DNA of 64,000 nt from an uncultured Candidatus Rokubacteria bacterium (GCA_963826115.1 CAWGVS010000010.1:512001-576000), one strand, 5' to 3'; shown: positions 52,999 through 62,800, counted from the first letter of the stretch. Program-made: numbers and translations. The notes: generated by a model not told the origin, from the sequence alone.

Positions 52999-53984
52999 TC
53001 GTCGACTGCCACGGCCACTACACCACGGCGCCGCAGGCCCTGTGGGACTGGCGGAAGCGCCAGGCGTCCGGCGAGAAGATCTCCGAGGCCGCCCTCCGGA
53101 TCAGCGACGACGACATCCGCCAGAGCCTGGAGGGCGCGCAGCTCAAGCTCCAGCGCGAGCGGGGCAGCGACGTCACGTTCTTCTCGCCGCGGGCGGGCTC
53201 GATGGAGCACCACGTCGGCGACGCCGCGATCAGCGCGCAGTGGGCGCGCGCGCAGAACGACCTGATCCACCGAGTCTGCGCGCTGTATCCGAGGAACTTC
53301 GCGCCGGTGTGCATGCTGCCCCAGTCGCCGGGCGTCTCGCCGGCGAACTGCGTCGCCGAGCTCGAGCGCTGCGTGCGCGAGCTGGGATTCATCGGCTGCA
53401 ACCTGAACCCCGATCCGTCGGGCGGCTGGTGGAAGGAGCCGCCGCTCACGGACCGGTGGTGGTATCCGATCTACGAGAAGATGGTCGAGCTCGACGTGCC
53501 CGCGATGGTGCACGTGAGCTCCTCGTGCAATCCGGCGTTCCACTTCACCGGCGCGCACTACATCAACGCCGACACCACCGCGTTCATGCAGCTCGTCCAG
53601 GGAGACCTCTTCAAGGACTTCCCTCAGCTCAAGCTCGTCGTCCCGCACGGCGGGGGCGCGGTGCCGTACCACTGGGGGCGCTACCGCGGGCTCGCGCAGG
53701 ACATGAAGCGGCCGCTGCTCCGTGACCACGTGCTGAGGAACGTCTACTTCGACACCTGCGTCTACCACCAGCCGGGCATCGACCTCTTGCTCAAGGTGAT
53801 CCCGGTGGACAACGTCCTGTTCGCCTCCGAGATGGTCGGCGCGGTGCGCGGGATCGACCCGGAGACCGGCCACTACTTCGACGACACCAAGCGGTACATC
53901 GACGCGAGCGGGCTCGGCGCGGCCGACAAGCGCCGGATCTTCGAGGACAACGCCCGGAAGGTCTACTCGCGCTGGCGGGGCTGA
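52995..53984 (+). CDS. ligJ: 4-oxalomesaconate hydratase (amidohydrolase family)
   Basis: MIVDCHGHYTTAP, FSPRAGSM.HH, NLNPDPSGG, HYINADT, PHGGGAVPYHWGR, FASEMVGA. Confidence 0.93.
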   Translation: MIVDCHGHYTTAPQALWDWRKRQASGEKISEAALRISDDDIRQSLEGAQLKLQRERGSDVTFFSPRAGSMEHHVGDAAISAQWARAQNDLIHRVCALYPRNFAPVCMLPQSPGVSPANCVAELERCVRELGFIGCNLNPDPSGGWWKEPPLTDRWWYPIYEKMVELDVPAMVHVSSSCNPAFHFTGAHYINADTTAFMQLVQGDLFKDFPQLKLVVPHGGGAVPYHWGRYRGLAQDMKRPLLRDHVLRNVYFDTCVYHQPGIDLLLKVIPVDNVLFASEMVGAVRGIDPETGHYFDDTKRYIDASGLGAADKRRIFEDNARKVYSRWRG

Positions 53985-54170
53985 GCGCGCAGCGGCCCCG
54001 CGCTCGCTCCCCACATCCGATCCGCGACGCTGCCATCGTGCCCGTGGAGGTGGGCCATCCCGCCCCACGGGCCACGCGGCGGACGGTTCGTCGCGGATGA
54101 CCGCCTCTCTCCGTGCGACACGCGCCAACGAGTGCCGGCGAGCGCCGTGGGACCGCTTTGCTGACGACGC

Positions 54171-54332
54171 TCATGGGCTGCGGCGCGGATCGGCCGTGGG
54201 ATCCACGTACCGCGTCGACGACGGTCCGGCCCCGGTGATCTGGACGATGAACGTCGAGGGCAGGGAGGGCTGCGCGATCGCAGCGCTCGCGAAGAGGACG
54301 ACGCCGAGCGTGGTCGGGAGGGTCCATCGCAT
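54171..54332 (-). pseudogene. Short signal-peptide-bearing ORF fragment next to an IS end
   Basis: MRWTLPTTLGVVLFASAAIAQ signal-like start 8 nt from the IS630 end; early stop. Confidence 0.3.
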
Positions 54333-54340
54333 GTCGCCAG

Positions 54341-54373
54341 TACCGTGTCCCACAAGTTCGACCCCAGGGTAGC
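54341..54373 (+). mobile_element. Isolated IS630-family left end (33 bp)
   Basis: TACCGTGTCCCACAAGTTCGACCCCAGGGTAGC is the exact reverse complement of 57313-57345. Confidence 0.85.
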
Positions 54374-54549
54374 GTCCGCCGGGCCCATGTCGCGGTCGTC
54401 GTTGAACTGGAACGGCACGCTGATCAGCGCCGCGACCGGATTGGAGAACTGTTGGGCGAGCTCATACTCGGTGGCGGCGACGGCCGGGTGGTGCCAATGG
54501 TCGTCGGCGCCGACATGATGGCGCTAAGCGCCCCGACCACTCTCGACAT
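54374..54549 (-). pseudogene. Truncated, frameshifted N-terminus of a putative outer-membrane channel protein
   Basis: ELAQQFSNPVAALISVPFQFNDDRDMGPAD, cut at the IS end. Confidence 0.6.
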
Positions 54550-54560
54550 CCTGGACACAG

Positions 54561-56654
54561 TCAGTCGCTATCGAGAAGGCTGCCGACCTCAAACGGCTTC
54601 GGAGCCTTCGCTGGAGCCTTGGCGGCGGTTCCCGGCAGGATCTCGAAGTCGGGGGTGAATCCGACGAGGCTCGTGCGCAACTGGTCGAACCCCTTGCGGT
54701 CGCCATCGAACTTCGCCTTGCCGGCCGCGATCAGATCGTCGAACGACGACAGTCCCATCATCACCTGGTTCAGATCCGCGCGGTTGACGGTGATCGTGAG
54801 ATCCGGCTTCGGCGCCAGAAAGCCCTCGATGTTGGTCAGCGTCGCGTTGGAGACCTCGATTGCGTACTTCTCGCCGTTGTCGGGCGTGACGAGGTTGATG
54901 GAGGTCCTGATTCCCGCGGCCTTCGTCGGATCCAAGCTGATGCCCACGAAGTCGAGAAACTGGCCCGTGGTCATGGCGCGCACCACGTCCGGTCCAGTCG
55001 ACCGTGCCGCTACGCCGCCCGACAGACCGGAGCGCAGTTCGAACGCCCCCATCAGGAAGGCGTTGCGCACGCTCGTGCTTTCCGACTGGTATCCAAGCTG
55101 CTCGTAGGCGTCGGCCAGCAGATCGCGGGCTGGCCGGTTCTGATGCTCGGCAAGCACGAGCCGGTTGAGAATCTCGACAGCGGCAAGGTACTTTCCCTGG
55201 TCCATCAAGTCCCGGCCCTTCGTCATGATCTTCGCGGAGCCACCCATCATCTCGACGTACAGCGGCGCCGCGTCCTGCGGCGAGAGCGGGACCAGGTTGG
55301 CCGGATTGCCGTCCCAGTGGCCGAGGAAGCGGTTGACCACGCCACGCACGTTGTTGCGCACATCGCCGTGGTAGCTGCGGGCGGCCCATTGCTGCTGGAG
55401 GCTCTCGGGCACTGTGTAGACGTTGTGGATCTCGTTGATCGTCACGCCCTGATTGACGTAGTGCAGGGTCTGGTTGTTGAGGTTGGCGTAGGTGTCGCGC
55501 TGCGTGCGCAGCACCTCTTGGATGCGCGCGTTGCCCCAGCGCGGCCAGCTGTGCGAGGCGAACATCACCTCGGCTTCCTGGCCAAACACGTAGAGCGCGA
55601 TGTTGAGCTCCTTGGACCAGTTGAGCGCATCGCGTACGCGCGCGCCGCGCAACGTGTAGATGTTGTGGATCGTCCCGGTGAGGTTCTCCGCCGTCCACAA
55701 CGCCTTGAACTGCGGGAAGTAAGTGTGCGCCGCGGAGGGCGCCTCGGTGTCCGGCGTGTCCTGGAACACCATCCTGACGCCATCGAGTGTGATCTCCTCG
55801 AACCGCTTCGAGATCACATGGTTCGGCGCGATCAGCCCGACATGGCCGGCGGGCGTGTTCTTGCCGATCGCCTGGTCCACGTGACCGAATGGGTTACGAT
55901 CCAGCAACACGGCGAACTGCCACTGCGAGCGTCGCGTCATTGCGTTGCCGGCAAAGACGTTTTCCGCAACCGCCGCCTGCATAAAGTTCGATGGCGCGAT
56001 CACCTTGACCTTGCCGCTCAGCACGTCGGCCTCGTCCACCACGCCGCGCACGCCGCCGAAGTGGTCGACGTGCGAATGCGAGTAGATGACGCCCACGACC
56101 GGACGTGTGCCGAGCTTCTCATTGATGAAGGCAAGCGCCGCGCGCGAGGTTTCCGTCGCCGTCCCCGGATCCATGACGATCCAGCCGGTGTCAGACTTGA
56201 CGAAGGTGATGTTGGTGATGTCGAAGCCACGAACCTGGTAGAGGCGGTCGGGCACGACTTCGTACAGACCGAAGGCCATGTTGAGGATGGCCTGGCGCTG
56301 CAGCGAGGGGTGGATGCTCTCGAAGTCATTGCCCGTGAGCAGCCACTGATAGGCCTCCATGTCCCACGCGACGTTGCCAGCATCGGCCATGATCTTCTTG
56401 AACGGCGGCACCGCGATCAAGCCGCGCTTGTTTTCCTCGAGATCCCGCTCGTCCTGGAACGGCAGCGACGCCTTGAGGCCGTTGCGAAGCGCAAGCGTGA
56501 ACGTGGACGGCGGCTTGCCCCTCGGGTCGAAGTGGCCGGCGGGCGCCGCCGGCTGCTGAGCGAGCGCGTTGTTCGTCATGGCAAAGGAAACGCCAACCGC
56601 GACGGCGACGCCGGTGGCGGCCAGTCGTTTCGTGAACGAGCGTCTTGCGTTCAT
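54561..56654 (-). CDS. Alkyl sulfatase (SdsA1/BDS1 family: MBL fold, dimerisation and SCP2 domains)
   Basis: NARRSF Tat-like signal; HPSLQRQA, YQVRGFD, YSHSHVDHFGG, HNIYTLRGA.VRDAL.W, SHSWP; GAGG RBS. Confidence 0.93.
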   Translation of the reverse strand: MNARRSFTKRLAATGVAVAVGVSFAMTNNALAQQPAAPAGHFDPRGKPPSTFTLALRNGLKASLPFQDERDLEENKRGLIAVPPFKKIMADAGNVAWDMEAYQWLLTGNDFESIHPSLQRQAILNMAFGLYEVVPDRLYQVRGFDITNITFVKSDTGWIVMDPGTATETSRAALAFINEKLGTRPVVGVIYSHSHVDHFGGVRGVVDEADVLSGKVKVIAPSNFMQAAVAENVFAGNAMTRRSQWQFAVLLDRNPFGHVDQAIGKNTPAGHVGLIAPNHVISKRFEEITLDGVRMVFQDTPDTEAPSAAHTYFPQFKALWTAENLTGTIHNIYTLRGARVRDALNWSKELNIALYVFGQEAEVMFASHSWPRWGNARIQEVLRTQRDTYANLNNQTLHYVNQGVTINEIHNVYTVPESLQQQWAARSYHGDVRNNVRGVVNRFLGHWDGNPANLVPLSPQDAAPLYVEMMGGSAKIMTKGRDLMDQGKYLAAVEILNRLVLAEHQNRPARDLLADAYEQLGYQSESTSVRNAFLMGAFELRSGLSGGVAARSTGPDVVRAMTTGQFLDFVGISLDPTKAAGIRTSINLVTPDNGEKYAIEVSNATLTNIEGFLAPKPDLTITVNRADLNQVMMGLSSFDDLIAAGKAKFDGDRKGFDQLRTSLVGFTPDFEILPGTAAKAPAKAPKPFEVGSLLDSD

Positions 56655-56953
56655 CGTCTTTTCCTCGGAGGCCTTGTGCGGCCTTGTTCGTCTGTGGGAG
56701 CCGACTGCCGCGGACTCCACTGTCAATGATTCCCCCAAGAGGGGCCGTCTCCCGTTTCCCAGGGGGGGGGGCCCTCCGTAGGCGCCAGGCGATGATCGTG
56801 AGCCAATTGAGCCTTCGCTCCTCCGACCCCGCGGCACCGGCCGCCGGCGACCGGGAACAGCCGCACGATGAAGGTCAGGGGCCGGGGCGGTCATCTTGTC
56901 TCCGCCCGAGGTATCGGATGGCCGGCGTCAAAACTGGCGTCAAAGGGCGCTAG

Positions 56954-57345
56954 TACCGTGTCCCAGAAAGTCCACCCCACCTTACCGGTGCAAGGGGTAG
57001 CCCTTGAAGGTCCACCGGAAGGGGCGGCTGGTACGGTTCCAATGACGGACGAAGCGGACGATCCGCTCGGCTCGGGCCTCGTAGGTCGCATCGCTGGCCG
57101 GGGCGAGGGCCTGCCGCTCGAGGATGCTGAACCAGATCTCGACCTGATTGAGCCACGAAGCGTGCAGCGGCAGAAGCTCGAACTGGACCCGGCCATCCTG
57201 GGCCGCGACCCACGCTCGCACCGCCGTGGCCGTATGGATCGAGAGATTGTCCAGGATGATGACCAGCCGGCCGCGGGGCCATACCCGATCTTCCACGCGT
57301 TCTCACGGCTGAGCTACCCTGGGGTCGAACTTGTGGGACACGGTA
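56954..57345 (-). mobile_element. Internally deleted IS630-family element (392 bp including flanking TA)
   Basis: Ends TA-CCGTGTCCCAGAAAGT and TA-CCGTGTCCCACAAGT inverted; carries only the transposase 3' part. Confidence 0.88.
56982..57296 (-). pseudogene. IS630 transposase C-terminal fragment
   Basis: IILDNLSIH, LP.HASWLNQVEIWFS, PFRWT; HTH and first catalytic Asp missing. Confidence 0.88.
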
Positions 57346-57531
57346 GTCCTCGTGCTCGATCGTGTGGATCTGGGTTGGATGCTCGCGGGACCGGCCCGAG
57401 CGGGGTTCAGGGGATCGCGAAGCGCGCGGCCCATTCCGCGAACGCCTTCAGGAATGTCGCGAGAAGGCCGCGCGGGGTCTCGTAGCCCTCCGGTCCGCCG
57501 CCGGGACGCGGCCGGCGCCCCTGATGGCGCA

Positions 57532-59185
57532 TCAGCGCCTCTCCGTCGGAGCGTCCGCGAGCACGGTGTGGAGCTGTGGCACCACCGCGGCGCCCTCGCC
57601 GATCGCCCCGCCCACTCGCTTCGCGGACCCGGCAGCGGACGTCGCCGATCGCGAACACGCCCGGGATGCTGGACTCGAGCGGTAGCGGGCGAGGCTGGTG
57701 GTCGTCCGCTCCCGTCCGGACGAAGCCCTCCGTGTCCAGCGCGATCCCGCACTCCCGGAGCCAGCCCGTCGCCGGCTCGACGCCCACGAAGAGGAAGACG
57801 TGTCGGATCGGGAGCTCGGTCTCGTCGCCCGTCGTGTCGCGGCGCCAGCGCACCTGGGCGAGATGGGATCCTGGTCCGGGAGTCAGCCGGGTCATCTCGG
57901 TCCGGGGCAGGACCTCGATGTTGGTCGTCGCCTCGATGCGGTCGACGAGATAGCGCGACATGCTCGTGTCGAGGGACTCGTGCCGGACCAGGACCGACAC
58001 CTTCGCGGCGAAGCCGGACAGGAACACCGCCGCCTGGCCGGCCGAGTTGCCGCCCCCGACCAGCGCCACGTGCTCCCCGCGGCAGAGACGCGCCTCGACC
58101 GGCGAGGCCCCGTACCAGACGCCGCGGCCCTCGACGGCCTCGAGGCCGGGAATGGGCGGCCGCCGGTAGCGCGCCCCGCAGGCCACGACGATCGTCCGGG
58201 CCCTGACGCGGCGCCCGTCCGTCGTCTCGAGAGTGAACGGAAACGTCGCGCAGTCCAGTCGCGCGACGGGGCTCGGGATCACGATCTCGGCTCCGAACTT
58301 CTGCGCCTGCACGAAGGCCCGGCCGGTGAGGTCCTGGCCTGAGATGCCCTCCGGGAAGCCCAGATAGTTCTCGATGCGCGAGCTCGCCCCCGCCTGGCCG
58401 CCGAACGACCGGCTCTCGAGCACGATCACCGACAGTCCCTCGGAGGCGGCATACACGGCCGTCGCGAGCCCCGCCGGCCCCGCGCCGACCACCGCGACGT
58501 CGTACGTCCGGTCGAGATGATCGACGCGCACCATGCCGAGGGCGCGAGCGAGATCGACCTCGGTCGGGTTCCTGAGCACCGATCCGTCGGGGCAGACCAC
58601 GACCGGCAGATCGGCGTCGTTCGCCGCGTGGTGCTCGAGCAGGGCCGCCGCCTCCCGATCGACGGCGGGATCGACCACGCGATGCGGGCCGGCATTGCGG
58701 GCGAGGAACCCCTGGAGACGGACGACGTCCGGATGGACGGCTGGCCCGATCAGGACGGGGCCGCCCCCACCGGTCTCGATCAGGCCGACCCGGCGCAGGA
58801 GTAGCGCGCGCATGATCCGCTCGCCGAGCTCGGCCTCCGCGATCAGCACGGTGCGCAGCCCGTCGGCGGGGATGACGAGCACGTCGGCGTCGCGCGTGGC
58901 TCGCGCGTCCACGAGGCGGGGCTGGCCCGCCAGCATGCCGGTCTCGGCCAGGAAGCCGCCGGCGCCGAGCTCGATGATCGGGACGACCTGGCCCAGACCG
59001 CCCCGGGCGCTGACGTCGACGGTGCCGGAGAGGAGCACGAACATGCCGGAGCCGACGTCGCCGGTCGTGACGACCGGCTCGCCGGCCGCGTAGCGGCGGA
59101 CCGTCCCGAAACGCCGAAGTCGGTCGATGTCCTCCGGGCCGAGGCTCGGAAACATCTGGCCGAGGCGAGGGTCAGGGTCGGGCAC
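57532..59185 (-). CDS. cNMP-binding domain + thioredoxin reductase-like FAD oxidoreductase, frameshifted near the C-terminus
   Basis: MFPSL cNMP domain; VVGAGPAGL, GGQAGASSRIENYLGFP, VGGGNSAGQAA; one extra base at 57634 splits GDVR from AGSAKRVGGAIGEG. Confidence 0.85.
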
Positions 59186-59194
59186 GGTCCAGGC

Positions 59195-60193
59195 TCACGC
59201 GGGTCGTGCCTCGCCCGAGGGTTGCCCGCTCTCGAGCGCCGGGATCGCCGGCGGTGTCACGCCGCGGACCGGGAAGCCCAGAGACATCCACCGCGCGACG
59301 CCCCCCTCGAGGGGGTGGACGCGCGTGATCCCTCGTCGCTCGAGCAGGAGCGCCACCCGGGCGCTCGTGGCTTCGTTGGGTCAGGCGCAGTAGAGCACCA
59401 GCTCGCGATCCCGCGGGACGTCCGCCAGGTGCTCGTCGAGCGCCTCGGCCTTGATCCAGCGGCTGCCCGGGATCGCGAACGGGGTGGCGACCACGTCGAG
59501 CGCGGTGCGGACATCGAGGATGGCCACGTCCTCCCCGGCGTCGAGCTTCTGCTTGAGCTCGTAGGGCGAGATCCGGGCGATCCGGAGCCGATGGAGGAAG
59601 AGGCGGCGCCGCACGTACTTGAGCAGCACGTAGCCGACGAGAGCCGCCACAACCAGGACTCCCGCGGTGCGCCCCAGGGAGGCGACGCGCTGGGCCACCA
59701 CCTCGATGGTCTCGCTGAAGACGTAGCCCAGCCCCGCCCAGAGCCCCGCCCAGAGGAGCACGCCGGCGAGGTCGTAGAGCACGAAGCGGAGGCGGGACAC
59801 GCCGAAGATCCCCGCGAGGGGCGGCATGACGGTGGTCAGGCCCGGCAGGAACTTCGCCACGAGCAGCGCGCGGACGCCGTGGCGCAGGAAAAGGTTTTCC
59901 GTCCGGCGGACGCACACGTCGGGCTCGAGCGACAGCCGGCAGAGCCCCGAGAGCACGCGCGCTCCGCGCCGGCGGCCCAGCTCGTGCCAGACGAGGTCGA
60001 CGGGCAGGGTGACCACCGCGATCGCGCCGAGCACCAGCGGCAGGCTGACGCGGTCCTGCGCCGCGAGGGCGCCGACCGCCAGGAGCGCCGGGACCGCGGG
60101 GAGCGGCACCCCGACCTGCTCGGCGACGACGAGGATCGGCAAGATGACGAAGCTGTACCGCTCGAGGAGCTGCACGCTATCGGCGAGGTTCAT
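59195..60193 (-). CDS. DedA/VTT-rhodanese fusion, predicted selenoprotein (in-frame TGA at 59383-59381)
   Basis: DedA motifs EQVGVPLP, VAKFLPG; rhodanese ILDVR, IPGS, VLYCA-TGA-PNEATSARVA...VHPLEGG..RW; 332 aa with readthrough. Confidence 0.85.
59348..59366 (-). promoter_or_regulatory. Putative bacterial SECIS hairpin
   Basis: GAGCGCC-CGGGU-GGCGCUC starting 15 nt 3' of the UGA; G at the second loop position. Confidence 0.7.
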
Positions 60194-60287
60194 GCCGAGG
60201 CTCCGCGGGAGCGATCCCGCTCAGACGGGGAACGCGACGACTTCCAGGCCGGCCCGGCTCGTGGTCTCGTCCGTCGAGGGCATCGGC

Positions 60288-61124
60288 CTACGACTTGATG
60301 AACGCCAGGAGGTCGGCGTTGATCACGTCGTGGTGCGTCGTGGCCATCCCGTGAGGCAGGCCCTTGTAGACCTTGAGCTGGGCCTTCCGGACCCGCTTGC
60401 TGGAGAGCATCGCGCTGGCGCCGATCGGGACGACCTGATCGTCGTCGCCGTGCATGACGAGCGTCGGCGCGTCGATCCGCTCGAGGTCTTCGGTGAAATC
60501 CGTCTCGCTGAACGCCTTGATGCAGTCGTAGGCGGCCTTGACGCCGCACATCATCCCCTGGCGCCACCAGTTGTCGATGAGTCCCGGCGAGACCTTCGCC
60601 CCGGGGCGGTTGAAGCCGTAGAACGGGCCCGTCGGAACGTCCCGGAAGAACTGCGCCCGGTCGGCCAGCAGCGCGGCGCGGAAGTCGTCGAAGACCGCGA
60701 GGGGCAGCCCGCCCGGGTTGTTTGCGGTCTTGACCATGATCGGCGGCACGGCACCCACCAGGACCGCCTTGGCGACCCGGCCCCTCGCTCGCCCGGCGCC
60801 GTGGCGGCCGATGTAGCGCGCGACCTCGCCGCCGCCCGTGGAGTGGCCGACGTGGACGGCGTTCCTCAGATCGAGCTTCTCGGTGAGCGTCACGAGATCG
60901 TCCGCGTACGTGTCCATCTCGTTGCCGTCCCACGTCTGGGTCGAGCGCCCGTGTCCGCGGCGGTCGTGGGCGATGCACCGGAAGCCGCGCGACGCGAAGA
61001 AGATCATCTGGGCGTCCCAGTCGTCCGCGCTGAGCGGCCAGCCGTGGCTGAAGACGATGGGCTGCCCGGTGCCCCAGTCCTTGTAGAAGATCTGCGCGCC
61101 GTCCTTCGTCGTGACCGTGCTCAT
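60288..61124 (-). CDS. cpo: Non-heme chloroperoxidase/perhydrolase (alpha/beta hydrolase)
   Basis: [44 protein letters not shown]; GGAGG RBS. Confidence 0.93.
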   Translation of the reverse strand: MSTVTTKDGAQIFYKDWGTGQPIVFSHGWPLSADDWDAQMIFFASRGFRCIAHDRRGHGRSTQTWDGNEMDTYADDLVTLTEKLDLRNAVHVGHSTGGGEVARYIGRHGAGRARGRVAKAVLVGAVPPIMVKTANNPGGLPLAVFDDFRAALLADRAQFFRDVPTGPFYGFNRPGAKVSPGLIDNWWRQGMMCGVKAAYDCIKAFSETDFTEDLERIDAPTLVMHGDDDQVVPIGASAMLSSKRVRKAQLKVYKGLPHGMATTHHDVINADLLAFIKS

Positions 61125-61856
61125 GCGGTGCGTGCCTCCATGGCATCCAGGGCGGATGCCGTTCCAGCGCCGCCAGGCGAGCCGTCAACCTCGCCGATGG
61201 CGGCATATCGGGTCCGGTCGCCTGGTCGATCCTGCTCGGCCTTCGGGGGTCCTTTCGCGTCGCGGTGGAGGGCGGGGGACCGGTCAGTCGGTCGCTCCAC
61301 CTCCCGTGGCCTCGCGACCGTTGCAGGATACACCGGAATGGGACGAGGAGATCTCGCCGCTCGTCACGGACGCGACTCTCGAGCGCCCGCGAGGCGCGTG
61401 GCCGCGGTCTCGTCGGCCTGCTCGCTCGATGATGTGGTTGACCACTGATCGACCGGAGGACATGATCCCCTCGGTGAGCGCCTGGGAGTCGGCGTGAACC
61501 CGTCGGATCCGCGCCCATCAGAGCTGTGGGATGGAGAGCGCCCTCCGGCCGGTGAAGTCTCGTGCAGCCACCCCCACTCTCTTAGGGCCGCCGAGAGGCG
61601 TGTCGCCCTGTTACCATAGGACGGGAGTGCTCTGAGGAGACGAACGAGGCCACGCGGGCCAGCCTAGCCCTGGCATCCAGGCTTCGAGCGGTTCCTGAAT
61701 CGTCAGGCTCGACGGCGAGGGGTTGGTGACCTCGCGACAGACTTCGACGGTCAACGCGCCCTGGCGTTGACGCACATCGTGGTGCCGGTGAGGCTGGGGT
61801 CCGAATCCAGCCGCTCGAGACGTGATTGAACCCCCTGCGTAGAAGGAAAGGGACCC

Positions 61857-62009
61857 ATGACGGAATTGCCGAAGTGTCCGACGTCGCGCTGCCAGGACAA
61901 GGGAAAGCCCATGCAGCTTGCGGGCCCCCGTCGACACGACAAAGACCGCAAGATCACGCGGTACAAGTGCCAGACGTGCGGGCAGGAGATCAGCCAGCGG
62001 GCGGCCTGA
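61857..62009 (+). CDS. 50-aa zinc-ribbon microprotein
   Basis: AAGGAAAGGGA RBS; MTELPKCPTSRCQ...RYKCQTCGQEISQRAA*; below the ORF-track cut-off. Confidence 0.7.
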   Translation: MTELPKCPTSRCQDKGKPMQLAGPRRHDKDRKITRYKCQTCGQEISQRAA

Positions 62010-62455
62010 GCGTTTCAAGCTGACCACTGGCCGGCCATGTGTATCCAGCGGGGGCCTCACCCGGGAGTCTTTGGCGACTGCGGCCGGGGAGCCCCTTGCC
62101 GGCATTGACTGGCTGATCGAACCGAATCTCCCCGCATGCACGGGCCCGGGGTGTTCCACGAGCCGGGCGTTCTGACGGAACGCTCCGCGTGGCCTCAGGC
62201 CTGAGGCCGCGACGACTGCCGGGATTCTCTTTGGCATGTCATTGCCCTGAAGAGCTTGGGGCCCTGGCACGCGAAGGGTAGCTCACCCCTCCGCACGGGC
62301 GCCTGGCCGGGCGTCCCCCGTTCGGTCCCTCCAGAAACCGACACGCCCGCGCTGGCGAAGAGCACGTCGCCGGCGCCCGGATTGACCACACGCCGTCGTG
62401 ACCGACGCTGGGGGAGTCGTCGCCCCGCTGGGGGGGGGTTGTCCTTGGCGTATTG

Positions 62456-62477
62456 CTGTACTAGTATGCTAGTACAG
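62456..62477. promoter_or_regulatory. GntR/YtrA-type operator palindrome
   Basis: CTGTACTAG-TATG-CTAGTACAG perfect 9-bp inverted repeat immediately before ATG 62479. Confidence 0.7.
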
Positions 62478-62478
62478 T

Positions 62479-62748
62479 ATGAGAATCTCGATCGACCCTC
62501 GGATCGGTGCGCACGGCTGGATCCCTAGGCCCGGGCCGGGGGCAGAGCCCTGCGCGGACCTCAACGAGCGAGCCGGTCTCCCGCGGGTTCCTGCGCTGCC
62601 GAGGGAACTGGACGGGGTCGGCGTCACTCCGGACCCGGTCGCGCGCGCCATCGAGGATCTCAAGCGGAGCGGGTACCGGCCGCTGCACGCGCGCCGGGCC
62701 ACGCCGGAGCTCCCGCGGGGGCGCGTCGCCCCAGGGCGCGACGTGTGA
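62479..62748 (+). pseudogene. Degenerate GntR (YtrA-like) winged-HTH gene
   Basis: MRISIDPR start; LPRVPALPREL..GVTPDPVARAIEDLKRSGY echoes the GntR HTH. Confidence 0.55.
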
Positions 62749-62800
62749 GGCGGAGAAGCGGAAGCGAGCGGGGAGGCATACCCCAGTGGAGGAGAACGTC

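Noticed and set aside
56762-56771. Poly-G tracts (here and near 62430) as phase-variation sites
   Set aside because: Intergenic with no demonstrable promoter spacing role; unremarkable at this GC content.
57407-57531. C-terminal extension of the ORF-track protein 57407..59185
   Set aside because: Produced by the frameshift at 57634; the homologous frame ends at 57532.
61792-61812. GGCTGGGGTCCGAATCCAGCC as a tRNA T-arm (tRNA/selC)
   Set aside because: No TTC loop, acceptor stem, D-arm or anticodon arm could be built.
62232-62245. TGGCATGTCATTGC as a functional sigma54 promoter
   Set aside because: GG-to-GC spacing is 9 nt rather than the required 10.
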